A stretch of DNA of 64,000 nt. It comes from an uncultured Candidatus Saccharibacteria bacterium. GTDB lineage: Bacteria > Patescibacteriota > CAZHWT01. Of this stretch, positions 1 to 9,518 are shown piece by piece. Where the stretch lies: contig CAZQWH010000001.1 of NCBI GenBank assembly GCA_964597145.1, forward strand, positions 166,441-230,440, read 5' to 3'. The notes beneath the pieces are model-generated. The model was not told the DNA's origin. It saw nothing but the letters and a program-made list of their open reading frames with translations, and did no database searches. The number at the start of each line of letters is the position of its first letter. The stretch's first letter is position 1. The translations under genes and the position numbers were made by a program.

Positions 1-182
1 TTTCAACTAAGGCTGGAGCAATCCCGACAGTTGTAGAGTCTATGAAAAATATGAAAGAATCTGCAATCCCAACCTGGTTGGAGCGCAAAGCTGGAGCCGG
101 TCTGGTCAAAGCAAAGCCCGAGCGAGAGCAAATTACTTTCCCCATTGAGGAACAGTTAATCGTTGAGTACTACTCTCGTTAA
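1..182 (+). CDS. rpsD: 30S ribosomal protein S4, C-terminal fragment (gene continues upstream of window)
   Basis: Frame 3 translates to ...IPTWLERKAGAGLVKAKPEREQITFPIEEQLIVEYYSR*, typical S4 C-terminus; stop TAA at 180-182; directly upstream of rpoA as in the alpha operon. Confidence 0.75.
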   Translation, partial: STKAGAIPTVVESMKNMKESAIPTWLERKAGAGLVKAKPEREQITFPIEEQLIVEYYSR

Positions 183-203
183 GAGGGCAAAGGAGCAAAA
201 GAA

Positions 204-1125
204 TATGTCATTGTTAGAATTGAAACCATCAACAACCCAAACTGAATCAACTACCACCAGCGGTACATTTATTATAGAGCCATTAATGTCTGGTTTTGGT
301 CAGACCATTGGCAATGCCCTTCGACGGGTATTATTGTCTCACTTAACCGGCGCCGCCGTAACCAAAGTTCGGATTGACGGTGTATCTCATGAATTTAGTA
401 CTATTCCTGGGGTCAAAGAAGATGTAGTCCAGCTCATTTTAGCCCTAAAGCAAGTCCGCTTTGCCATGCACAGCGACGAGCCACAAACAGTAACCTTAAG
501 CGCCAAAGGCCCAGGCGTAGTTAAAGCCAGCGACTTAAAGTTGACTGCCGGGGTAAGCGTAGCTAATCCCGACTTCGAGATTGCCTCATTAACCGATGCC
601 AAAACCACGTTAAATATTGAACTCACCGTTGAGCGTGGCCAAGGGTATCGCCCGGCTCCAACCGAGAATATGGCAATTGGGGTGATTGGCCTAGATGCCC
701 GATTTAGCCCTGTTACACGGGTTAACTATGTAGTCGAAGATACTCGTGTCGGCCAAAATACCAATCTAGATAAACTAACCGTAACTATTCAAACCGATGG
801 CTCAGTTGCAGCTGCCGATGCATTAGCCCAAGCCAGTGCAATTTTGGTCGAAGCCTTTGGCTCATTGGACGGCAAGTCCGCAGTTGAAGCTGCAGCGCAA
901 GTAGTCTCCGCTCGTGGCAGCGAAGTAGGCGTATCGGTCGATGGAGCGGTTGCCGACGAAGCTTCCCTAGAAGAGTTAAATATATCCACTCGGGTTTTAA
1001 ATAGCCTAAAGAAGGCCGGTATAGAAACTGTTGGCGAATTACGCGGCAAAGACCGGGAAGAATTATTGCAAATCAAAAATCTTGGCGAAAAATCATTGGA
1101 TGAGGTGCTCAAGAAGATTGCCTAA
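204..1125 (+). CDS. rpoA: DNA-directed RNA polymerase alpha subunit
   Basis: Supplied ORF begins at TTG 163, but the ATG at 204 is preceded by AAGGAG. N-terminal domain ...GQTIGNALRRVLLS... and C-terminal alpha-CTD ...LSTRVLNSLKKAGIETVGEL... are both present. Confidence 0.95.
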
Positions 1126-1164
1126 TCTTCTCCGCCAGCAAGTAGATAATAATCAGGTAACATT

Positions 1165-1716
1165 ATGCGACATCAAGTACACGGTAAAAAATTAAATCGC
1201 TCATCCGGACATCGTAAAGCACTGTATCGAAATTTGGTGCAGTCCTTAGTAGAACATGAGCGAATCACCACTACACTAGCTAAAGCTAAGGCGGTGCGCC
1301 CTGTAGCCGAACAGTTAATTACTCGGGCCAAAAAACAAGACTTAGCCGCTCGACGAGCTGTAATTAGCTTTTTGCCTACCACCACAGCCGCCGATAAAGT
1401 CTACCAAGTATTGGCTCCTCGTTTTGCCGATCGACCAGGCGGGTATACCAGAATTATTAAAACAGGCCGGCGGGTTGGCGATGGGGTTGAGATGGCAGTT
1501 CTGGAATTAGTTGAGTTAAGCACTCCAACATCCAAAGCGGCAGCAACGAAGCAGGCCACTAAGAAATCTCGACCGACCGATAAAGCGAAAGCCAAGCAGG
1601 AAGCTACTCCAACTCCGAAAGAGCAAGCAACTGCCAAAGAATCCAAGGCGTCAAACCGACGCTCGCCAGCTAAGGCTAAAGCCGTCGAAGAAAAGAAGGC
1701 TGATAATGAAAAATAA
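1165..1716 (+). CDS. rplQ: 50S ribosomal protein L17 with Lys/Ala-rich C-terminal extension
   Basis: MRHQVHGKKLNRSSGHRKALYRNLVQSL...TTLAKAKAVRP..GGYTRIIK is a canonical L17 core. The tail is low-complexity K/A/T-rich. Confidence 0.9.
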   Translation: MRHQVHGKKLNRSSGHRKALYRNLVQSLVEHERITTTLAKAKAVRPVAEQLITRAKKQDLAARRAVISFLPTTTAADKVYQVLAPRFADRPGGYTRIIKTGRRVGDGVEMAVLELVELSTPTSKAAATKQATKKSRPTDKAKAKQEATPTPKEQATAKESKASNRRSPAKAKAVEEKKADNEK

Positions 1717-2140
1717 GTATTACAATCCCTCTCAAAAAGATATAGCTCAGACTTGGTATTTAATTGACGCTAAGGGCTTGCGCTTAGGCAAAGTAGCCAC
1801 CAAGGCAGCCACTTTGCTCATGGGTAAACATGACCCAAGCTATGTACCGCATTTGGATAATGGACATCGGGTGGTAATTATTAACGCCGCCCACCTGTCG
1901 ATTGATGAGCGCAAACTAGAGCATAAAATGTATTATCGCCACACCGGGTTCCCTGGCGGGTTACGCAGCAAAAACCTGGCTGAATTCCACACAGCTCAGC
2001 CAGCAGAAGTAATCCGCAAGGCGGTTAAAGGAATGTTACCTAAGAATCGCCTAGGTGCGGCCAGTATAAATAAACTGTATATTTACGCGGATGAAACGCA
2101 TGAACAACAAGCACAACAACCGCAACAGGTTGAGGTATAA
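1706..2140 (+). CDS. rplM: 50S ribosomal protein L13
   Basis: YYNPSQKDIAQTWYLIDAKGLRLGKVATKAATLLMGKH...VVIINA matches L13. Overlaps the rplQ stop by 11 nt. Confidence 0.9.
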   Translation: MKNKYYNPSQKDIAQTWYLIDAKGLRLGKVATKAATLLMGKHDPSYVPHLDNGHRVVIINAAHLSIDERKLEHKMYYRHTGFPGGLRSKNLAEFHTAQPAEVIRKAVKGMLPKNRLGAASINKLYIYADETHEQQAQQPQQVEV

Positions 2141-2144
2141 ATCT

Positions 2145-2615
2145 ATGGCAGAAACAGTTGTAAAAGAAAAAGAAACTAATCAAGCAGCCGAAACAGCAGC
2201 GGCAAAAAAGACCAAAGCTAAAGCCGACAAGCAGGCATATTGGAGTGTCGGCCGGCGCAAAACCGCTATCGCTCGGATCAAGATGTCATTAGGCAATGGC
2301 GAGATTATGGTAAACGATAAACCCGTGGAAGAGTTTGCCGACAGTCCAATCAAAAAAATGAAAATACTGGCACCTTTGGCGGCCACAGACCGGCAAGGTT
2401 CTTTTGATATTTCGATTAAAGTATCGAGCGGCGGCATAATGGCCCAGCTCGATGCAATAGCTATGGGAATTGCCCGTGCTTTATTGCAATATGATGAATC
2501 GTTGCGGGCTCCACTCCGAGCTCAAAACCTGCTAACTCGTGATCCGCGAATGAAAGAACGCAAAAAATATGGATTAAAGCGGGCTCGTAAAGCACCCCAA
2601 TTCTCTAAACGATAA
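2145..2615 (+). CDS. rpsI: 30S ribosomal protein S9
   Basis: ATG at 2145 preceded by GAGGT. Protein ends ...RDPRMKERKKYGLKRARKAPQFSKR, the S9 C-terminus. The supplied ORF starts earlier, inside rplM. Confidence 0.9.
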   Translation: MAETVVKEKETNQAAETAAAKKTKAKADKQAYWSVGRRKTAIARIKMSLGNGEIMVNDKPVEEFADSPIKKMKILAPLAATDRQGSFDISIKVSSGGIMAQLDAIAMGIARALLQYDESLRAPLRAQNLLTRDPRMKERKKYGLKRARKAPQFSKR

Positions 2616-2652
2616 ATTCCTGACTGCAAAAGTTACACAATCTTCCAAAAAT

Positions 2653-2673
2653 CTCCGGCCTGCCGGAGTTTTT
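2653..2673 (+). terminator. Rho-independent terminator after rpsI (CTCCGG-cctg-CCGGAG-TTTTT)
   Basis: Perfect 6 bp GC-rich stem followed by a T5 tract 38 nt after the rpsI stop. Confidence 0.6.
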
Positions 2674-2857
2674 GGATTTTGTGGTATTTGAACATAAATT
2701 TGATTGTATGATGTATAGGTTTTACTACATTAAAAACTAGATGATGTAATTGCATGTTATTGATAAGATTGTTAGGATAGAGGTAAATTCTATCCTTCAC
2801 TAGATCAACCTCAAAAAGCAGTAGACTACTAGATACGAGGGATAGTTCCGCAAGCTT

Positions 2858-4204
2858 ATGACTGCTGTCCAAATTAGATGTTGGTTTCAAACTCTGGTTG
2901 CGCATCCCGCTTTTCGTGATATTAATGCGCGGTATGCGGATCTGATGCATTACCCTCATGCCGATCGCTTAGCCATCCGTGTATTGTGGCTGCACGGGAT
3001 AGCCTTGGTCGTATTAGTTATAGTTAATGCCTTTTATCAAACACCGCTTATAATTCCTTCACCCTTCGGTTGGCGGGTAATCGGCGTTGAAGCTGGGCTC
3101 ATAGCACTACTACTCGGATTGGCGGCCACAATTACTCCCATCATGTTATACCGCCGGATTGAAAACCATTTTCTATGGCGATTAGTGCTAGCTACCGCCT
3201 TACTAACCTATTCGTATTTGCTTGTTTTTATTAGCGGCGGCGCAATTGAAATGCACTTCCACTTTTTTATTATTATGGCCTTTATGTCTTTATATGCCGA
3301 TTGGCGGATTGGCTGGTACATGTTTGGCCTAATCACCGTTAACCATTTACTGTTCAATGTATTTTGGCCAGATATGTTGTATTTTTACGGCCACAACGAT
3401 TTATCACCTTTGGTGCATTTACCGTTCATGTTTATCATGACCCTCTTTACCACCATTCTATGCCGCAATTATCGGGGGTCGGTAGCAGCCTTGGTCGCCG
3501 CTAAAAACCGTAATGATGAGTTCTTGGCCATTGCCAGCCATGAGTTAAAAACTCCCCTCACCAGCATGAAAGGGTATACCGAAATGTTGCACCGCAAGTT
3601 TAAACGAGTCTCAGATACAAGCTCGTTGGCCTATATTGAGAAATTAGATGATCAACTCAATAAAATAATCGGCTTAGTCCGGGATTTATTAGATATCTCG
3701 CGTATTCAATCGGGCCAAGTCCAGATTCGGCAGGAGTTAGTCTCGGTTGAATCGCTCGTCGAGAAGGCGGTGGACGAGGTTCAGTCGCTAACGCATCAAC
3801 ATCAAATTGAAGTCGTAGGGGACAAGCGAGTCATGGTCTATGGAGATAAAGCCCGGTTATCCCAACTACTCGTTAACTTATTATCGAACGCCATTAAATA
3901 TTCTCCAGAAGCCGATCGGGTTATTGTATCCATAAAAGCTGCTCGCGACCGCGTTGTAATTGAAGTGCAAGATTTTGGGATTGGCATATCGGTTACGGAA
4001 AAAGTGAAAATTTTTGAGCCGTACTTCCGCGGCCAGGCTCAACAACGAGAAGAGGTCCCAGGCGGTTTGGGTATGGGGTTGTACATCTGCGACGAAATTG
4101 TGCGGCGGCATCAAGGACGGCTATGGGTAGAAAGTACGGTCGGGCAGGGCTCAACCTTTTCCTTTCTCCTTCCTCTACCCCCTCGGGATGGAGGTATACC
4201 GTGA
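2858..4204 (+). CDS. Sensor histidine kinase with multi-TM N-terminal sensor, HisKA and HATPase_c domains
   Basis: Five or six hydrophobic helices. H-box FLAIASHELKTPLTSMKGYTEML. ATPase N, G1 and G2 boxes (LLSNAIKYS, DFGIGI, GGLGMGLYIC). Confidence 0.85.
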   Translation: MTAVQIRCWFQTLVAHPAFRDINARYADLMHYPHADRLAIRVLWLHGIALVVLVIVNAFYQTPLIIPSPFGWRVIGVEAGLIALLLGLAATITPIMLYRRIENHFLWRLVLATALLTYSYLLVFISGGAIEMHFHFFIIMAFMSLYADWRIGWYMFGLITVNHLLFNVFWPDMLYFYGHNDLSPLVHLPFMFIMTLFTTILCRNYRGSVAALVAAKNRNDEFLAIASHELKTPLTSMKGYTEMLHRKFKRVSDTSSLAYIEKLDDQLNKIIGLVRDLLDISRIQSGQVQIRQELVSVESLVEKAVDEVQSLTHQHQIEVVGDKRVMVYGDKARLSQLLVNLLSNAIKYSPEADRVIVSIKAARDRVVIEVQDFGIGISVTEKVKIFEPYFRGQAQQREEVPGGLGMGLYICDEIVRRHQGRLWVESTVGQGSTFSFLLPLPPRDGGIP

Positions 4205-4554
4205 GTAAAACCGTCTTTATCGTCGATGACGATGTAGCTATCCTTGAAGTTTTAAGTATTGTCTTAGAAGAAGAAGGTTATAACGTTGTAACCGATACCG
4301 GTAGCAAAATGCTGGCGATCACCGCCTCAACTCAACCCGATATTATTTTACTAGATATTTGGATGCGTGGCATCGACGGTCGGGAGTTGTCACGAGAGGT
4401 AAAAGCTAATACTGCATTATCAGCCATCCCGATTGTTCTAATGTCAGCCCACAGTCACGCTGATTCCGTAATCGAAGAAGCGAAGGCCGATGATTTTATT
4501 GAAAAGCCATTTGATATCGAATCCATGTTAAAAGTGGTCCGGCAGCATGTTTAA
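4201..4554 (+). CDS. Single-domain response regulator (CheY-like receiver)
   Basis: GTG at 4201 preceded by GGAGGT and overlapping the kinase stop (GTGA). VSKTVFIVDDD...ILLDIWMRGIDG...IVLMSAH is a receiver domain with no output domain. Supplied ORF 4123 starts inside the kinase. Confidence 0.75.
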   Translation: MSKTVFIVDDDVAILEVLSIVLEEEGYNVVTDTGSKMLAITASTQPDIILLDIWMRGIDGRELSREVKANTALSAIPIVLMSAHSHADSVIEEAKADDFIEKPFDIESMLKVVRQHV

Positions 4555-4656
4555 AATAATGAATAGTTAAATTTTAATGGATGCTTTCTTATAGCCAATA
4601 GTAACTATTCATTATTTTCCAGCTACCATTTTGATCAGAATCTCAATAGCCATTTA

Positions 4657-5217
4657 TTACACATCATAACTAAGAATATCTTGGAGTAACTTCGGAAAAC
4701 GATCGTATCCCGATGCGGTATTAAAGTGGCATGCATTGGGTATAACCTGCAGAGGCGAATCAAGCTGGTCAGCTAGATGTTGAGCAATATTCATCGGCAC
4801 AAAAGGGTCATCTGGACTATGATAAAGGGAAAAGGTCGTTTTCCGAAGCGTATCCCAATCAAATTGCTTGTCATAGAAACTATGATTAATAGCGTTCAGT
4901 CCCTCGTCGGGCAAATCTTGAATAAAACCGGCCACTAAACAGGCTACGCGAGGCTGGTTTAATTCAGCCAGTTTCTCTAATAGACTCAAGATGAACGTGG
5001 CCCCAATTGAGTGACCAATCAGCAAAGATTCCGTCGTAAAGCGGTTAAGATAAGGCTCTGCTACCCTCAGCCAAGCTTCTAGGCTTTGATTTACCGGAGA
5101 AGGAAACTGGGGAACATCAACAGCATAACCCCGCTTTTCCAGCTCGCCCTTTAACCACGGAAACCAATTTATCTCAGGTGTACCATAGGCGCCGTGGACG
5201 ATAATTGCGTTTTTTAT
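4657..5217 (-). CDS. YdeN/RBBP9-like alpha/beta serine hydrolase; probable non-canonical ATA start
   Basis: GHSIGA nucleophile elbow. Reading frame is open upstream through ...IKNAIIVHGAYGTPEINWFPWLKGELEKRGY..., the typical N-terminus of this family. There is no ATG/GTG/TTG before TTG 5025. ATA at 5215-5217 (minus strand) lies 7 nt after a GGAG. Confidence 0.5.
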   Translation of the reverse strand: MKNAIIVHGAYGTPEINWFPWLKGELEKRGYAVDVPQFPSPVNQSLEAWLRVAEPYLNRFTTESLLIGHSIGATFILSLLEKLAELNQPRVACLVAGFIQDLPDEGLNAINHSFYDKQFDWDTLRKTTFSLYHSPDDPFVPMNIAQHLADQLDSPLQVIPNACHFNTASGYDRFPKLLQDILSYDV

Positions 5218-5369
5218 TGTATTGCTCCATGTAATACATACATCATATAAAAATAGTAAGTGCCTAAATAGTGGGCTAAGCTCATGTTATTAAGTATTCA
5301 CTATTGTTTTAATAGTCAGCTATTCATTATTCAGTATTCTTTAAGCTATGCCGTTAAGTCGCAATTTGA

Positions 5370-7112
5370 CTATTGGAGGTAGTACACATTAATCGCTCCA
5401 CCTAAGATAGCCACTGGCTGGTGGTGGTCAATTACCCAACCCCAGTCATTATTCCGCTGACAAATGTGGTTGGTGATGGTCGAGCGAGAAATGGCTAAAT
5501 AGCCGGTATAACTATGATTATCAGGATCGGCGCTGGTGTAGGGTATGTGTAGATAGTCGGCTTCGGCCCGGCTAATAAAATTATCAAAAGCAATCGAGTC
5601 AATCTGCTGCTGTGATACGTAGGCAGCCAAAACCTTGGTCCCTTGACCCCAGTCGGTGTTGGAGTCATCGGCTACAAACGGAATAGCCTGCGGTTCTTGG
5701 GCGAGTATGTTGTAGTAAGGCAGGTAATACGGCCAAGCCATAAAGCTGGAGATGGCCACACTGCCAACCAAAACAATACAAGCAGTCAGGACCAGTTTGG
5801 CTTGGCGGCGCTGGTGACCGAAACGCAATAGTCGGGACAATCCGTATCCAGCGCCTATCAGTAATAAAATGTAAATTGGAAAGATATGACGGATACCAAT
5901 GTTTATCCCGGTTAATCCAGAAATAGCCAAGTAAACGACGGTTGGGACAATAAAAAAGTAGCTGGCAAAGGTTAGCCCAGGGGTGGGGGGGCGGAAGCGC
6001 CGCAGTAGATACCACCCAACGCCAGCCATAACAAGTAGTAAGGTTGGAAGTGGTGTCTTAAACAGGCTTAGGAGTGGGAAATAGTCCCAGCGACTCCCCT
6101 CAAAGCATTGTCCCAACAGATAGCCTTGGCGGTTTGGGGCAACAATATTGGCCACACCTTTAGCGTAGGTGGGTGGCAAAATCGTCAGAATGGTGCCAGC
6201 AGGCTGGAGAATATCTGGCCGCTGGGCAGGGTTTTGATCTGGGTTAAGGAGCATCAGCGTGCCGTACCCCAACCATATCAGGGCCAAGGCAATTAATCCA
6301 ATGCTAGCCACGGAAGCTATGTATTGAATCCATACTCTTGGAGAGTGAGCATGAATGTTGGCAGTGAGGTGGCGAAACGGCAGAGGCGCAATAGCTGCTA
6401 GCTGATGACGGTGATACGTTAGCCAGATCGCAGTCAAAACAGGCAAAATAATCGCCAGCATTCCCAGCGAGAATTTAGTCAGCATACCAAGACCAAGGAC
6501 AATGCCAGTAATAACTAACCAGCGGTAATTTCGGTGTTGTAAAAAATTCCAAAAGCTCGCCAGAACACCAATAAAAAACAAACTGGCACCAATATCGGTA
6601 TTAATAAGCTTGCCATGGGCAATAATGTTGGGATCAAAACTGAATAAGGCTAGCACCAAGAGCGCTGGCGTAGTCCCAAAGAGTTGTCGAGCCCACCAGA
6701 ACAACACTAAGGCCAGGCCTAGGGTGATAAACATCATCATCACTCGAGCGGCAAATAAAACTTGGTATGGGTCATCCGAACCCTGGAATAGTAGTTCCCA
6801 GCCCCATTGGTTAGCCTGGTAATAGGTGTTGTAGTCAATGTCCGTTTGTGTTGGTTGAAGATCTAAGGCTTGGTCTGGGATGTGCGGTTGGAGCCAGAGC
6901 AACGGTATCGCGGCAATGGCTTTGACTAAAAACGGGTGTTCAGGATCGAACAGCATATGGTGCTGGGTCAAAGTAGCGTACCCCGACAGTAAATGGATCG
7001 GTTCATCTGCCGTCGCCGAGTCGGTCTTGGCACTGACCACAAGTTGCACTACCAGTATGGCCAACAGGATAATCACCATAATTGGGGTAATAAAGCGGCG
7101 TAACTTAGTCAT
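5370..7112 (-). CDS. GT-C family glycosyltransferase (PMT/ArnT-like, PMT_2) with C-terminal soluble domain
   Basis: About 11 predicted TM helices. DEPIHLLSGY motif (the DE catalytic motif of GT39/GT83) in the first extracytoplasmic loop. 580 aa. Confidence 0.6.
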   Translation of the reverse strand: MTKLRRFITPIMVIILLAILVVQLVVSAKTDSATADEPIHLLSGYATLTQHHMLFDPEHPFLVKAIAAIPLLWLQPHIPDQALDLQPTQTDIDYNTYYQANQWGWELLFQGSDDPYQVLFAARVMMMFITLGLALVLFWWARQLFGTTPALLVLALFSFDPNIIAHGKLINTDIGASLFFIGVLASFWNFLQHRNYRWLVITGIVLGLGMLTKFSLGMLAIILPVLTAIWLTYHRHQLAAIAPLPFRHLTANIHAHSPRVWIQYIASVASIGLIALALIWLGYGTLMLLNPDQNPAQRPDILQPAGTILTILPPTYAKGVANIVAPNRQGYLLGQCFEGSRWDYFPLLSLFKTPLPTLLLVMAGVGWYLLRRFRPPTPGLTFASYFFIVPTVVYLAISGLTGINIGIRHIFPIYILLLIGAGYGLSRLLRFGHQRRQAKLVLTACIVLVGSVAISSFMAWPYYLPYYNILAQEPQAIPFVADDSNTDWGQGTKVLAAYVSQQQIDSIAFDNFISRAEADYLHIPYTSADPDNHSYTGYLAISRSTITNHICQRNNDWGWVIDHHQPVAILGGAINVYYLQ

Positions 7113-7440
7113 AGGCTTCCTCTAAATCGGCTGAGTCCACGAGGTAAGTGTTAAGATCAACAAACAAATTACCATCCTTCTCTGTAATCTCAACTCCTTC
7201 TTGGCGAAGTAGATAGGCTTGGTCCTCCTTAGTCACCGCCATATTCTCAATCGAAATCATGCCTTGGCGGTTAATAACTCGTTGCCAAGGCACTGGTTGA
7301 GTAGAGTTTTTAGCCAAAGCAACACCAACCATTCGGGCGGCTCGGGGTTGTCCTAAGACAGCCGCGATTTGCCCATAGGTAGCCACTTTACCATATGGTA
7401 TGCGTTGCACTACTTTATAAACGCTTAGGTGGAAGTTCAC
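7105..7440 (-). CDS. atl: Alkyltransferase-like protein (ATL; MGMT DNA-binding domain with Trp replacing the active-site Cys)
   Basis: RIPYGKVATYGQIAAVLGQPRAARMVGVALAKN...PWQRVIN: the PCHRV active site appears as PWQRV, the hallmark of ATL proteins. 8 bp overlap with the upstream gene. Confidence 0.7.
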   Translation of the reverse strand: MNFHLSVYKVVQRIPYGKVATYGQIAAVLGQPRAARMVGVALAKNSTQPVPWQRVINRQGMISIENMAVTKEDQAYLLRQEGVEITEKDGNLFVDLNTYLVDSADLEEAYD

Positions 7441-7497
7441 TGAGTTATTATACTATGGATCGGAATGGGTAGCTGCTTATCATTAACTGCGGAATGA

Positions 7498-8040
7498 CTA
7501 CCCTTGGCTGTCCATGGCTGGAGTAACGGTTCGGGACGGAGATTCGTTTGGAGGTAGTGGAGAATGCTCTAGCGATAGCATCATTGATATGTCTTCTACC
7601 GATGAGCCGGTATATTCATCGTCAAAAGTAGGTTTAAAACCAAGTTTGTTATAAAAATCTTTGGTATGGGGTGGATAGGTACTCTTAATCTTAACGTAAA
7701 TTTGCTCAAACCCTTGTTGTGTAAGAGTTCGACGGGCATGGTTAAATAATTGGGTTCCAACGCCCTGGTTGTGGTATCCACGTTTAATAATCAGGCAAAA
7801 TAGGTCAAGGCGAAGCGGATTAATAACATTACGCCTGCCCCCTAAAAACCCGATTACCACCCCTTCATGTAAAGCCATAAACAAGGTCCGAGCTTGAGGG
7901 TCCTCATCCAGGGCTTTGCCGGCTTGTTCTAAAATCAGTCGTCGATCTTGGAAGTCAAAAACATCAGAGTAAGCCTCTAGAATCGGAATAATTTTAGGGA
8001 AGTCCTGGTAAGAGCAGCGCTGGAGCAGTAATTGGTTCAT
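7498..8040 (-). CDS. GNAT family N-acetyltransferase
   Basis: Acetyl-CoA motif RGYHNQGVGTQLFNHA plus ...YNKLGF. Start is ambiguous: ATG at 8040 (MNQLL...) or the upstream start at 8112. Confidence 0.7.
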   Translation of the reverse strand: MNQLLLQRCSYQDFPKIIPILEAYSDVFDFQDRRLILEQAGKALDEDPQARTLFMALHEGVVIGFLGGRRNVINPLRLDLFCLIIKRGYHNQGVGTQLFNHARRTLTQQGFEQIYVKIKSTYPPHTKDFYNKLGFKPTFDDEYTGSSVEDISMMLSLEHSPLPPNESPSRTVTPAMDSQG

Positions 8041-8155
8041 CCTAGATTTGATTGTACCAAATATGGAGGTAGAGTAGAAACAGTTGCTTCCCTGTTGCTG
8101 ATTTAGTATCAAAGCGATACTGTAGAAGCGATAGTCTAATTGAAGGAGGAGTGCT

Positions 8156-8365
8156 ATGCCATACCAAACACTAAACGAATTACCCGATTCGGTTACAGAA
8201 CATCTACCACATCACGCTCAAGAAATTTACCAAGCAGCATTTAACAATGCCTGGGATGAGTATAACCACCAAGAGCAACGGGCTCACAAAGTAGCCTGGG
8301 CGGCCGTTAAAAACGAATACCACAAAAATGAAGAGACGGGGGACTGGGAAAAAGGAATCTCGTAA
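8156..8365 (+). CDS. ChaB-family small protein
   Basis: MPYQTLNELPDSVTEHLPHHAQEIYQAAFNNAWDEY...AWAAVKNEYHK matches the ChaB pattern. Strong RBS GAAGGAGGAG. Confidence 0.55.
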   Translation: MPYQTLNELPDSVTEHLPHHAQEIYQAAFNNAWDEYNHQEQRAHKVAWAAVKNEYHKNEETGDWEKGIS

Positions 8366-8516
8366 GTATAATCATTGTTTAACCTTATTTAATTCTGCTA
8401 GCATGTAAGTTATATCTACATTCGAATCAGGCAGTTTAGATGATATATTTGCAAAGCTGGACGTTGAAAAGGCGGCAAAGAAGCAAAAATATAAGCAGTC
8501 TACCCACCAAACCGCC

Positions 8517-8993
8517 GTGAGGCAACAAACAGTGCTAGAGAGAAATGATGCGATTGTTGCATCTAATACCCTCACCGACTCAGAAAGAGTTGAACAGATA
8601 GATGGTCTTATTCAGGTAGTTCAGCTTGAAACCCAAGGAAAATTAAAGATAATTGAAGATTTGAGGAATGGCCTCAAGGTGGATACTCACCAACTTGGTG
8701 ATAAGTTGGGTATGCCAACCAGATACGAGGATGGGGAAATTTTAACAACAACCGATTCAGGTAATAACTGGCAAAGAATTACGGTTGGCGATTTGCTCAC
8801 TGATAGTGAGTGGCAAGATAAGGGTATGGGTTACAGTGTAAATACTAATCGCATTCCACTTGATATTTGTCAGCAATATGTCGAATACTGGTCTCAAGCC
8901 GAACTTCGTAAACTACAAGATGACTACACCCGAGCGGCGTTAAGGATCGATGAAACTGCTAATACGTTTACACGCAATATCGCTGGGAGCTAG
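8517..8993 (+). CDS. Hypothetical protein
   Basis: 158-codon ORF with a GTG start. No recognisable motif and the start is uncertain. Confidence 0.3.
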   Translation: MRQQTVLERNDAIVASNTLTDSERVEQIDGLIQVVQLETQGKLKIIEDLRNGLKVDTHQLGDKLGMPTRYEDGEILTTTDSGNNWQRITVGDLLTDSEWQDKGMGYSVNTNRIPLDICQQYVEYWSQAELRKLQDDYTRAALRIDETANTFTRNIAGS

Positions 8994-9040
8994 CTGACAG
9001 GCAACAGCGTATCGAGCATTTTGGCCAAACAGTTGAGATT

Positions 9041-9280
9041 ATGGTCAAAAACTTTATTGAGAAAATGAACATAGATAATGGATTCGATGTAAAAGTTGAA
9101 TTCGGTAGCCTGATCTTGGATTACGAATATAAAATCGATTTAATGATAACGATTCAGGATCGCCGACGTGGTGTAGTGATAGATGAAAGTCCTCATGCTG
9201 AAAAAGTCGGAATACAGCTTACCATCCTCACACAGGAAGATTTACTAATCGAGAAAGAGCAAAAGGTCGAGAGCACATAG
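9041..9280 (+). CDS. Hypothetical small protein
   Basis: 79-codon ORF. No recognisable domain. Confidence 0.3.
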   Translation: MVKNFIEKMNIDNGFDVKVEFGSLILDYEYKIDLMITIQDRRRGVVIDESPHAEKVGIQLTILTQEDLLIEKEQKVEST

Positions 9281-9518
9281 AAACGCTTACTCAGAAAAGG
9301 TCTAGTCGATGACGTAGCCTTCGTCAGTCTAGATGCACAGACATCAGACATAATGAAATCTAAGTATAATGAATGGCTCGACAGCAAATCCCCAGGTGGG
9401 CCTGATAAACTCTTGCCCATAGCAACCAAAGAGGCAATCTTTAGGGCTATATTTTACAAGATGCTTAGTCAAGACCAAACTGATGAAATGTGGTCACGCT
9501 ATCAATCAGATTCCGAGG

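Noticed and set aside
1173-1646. Minus-strand ORFs 1173..1385 and 1401..1646
   Set aside because: Antisense within rplQ, with no RBS and no protein features.
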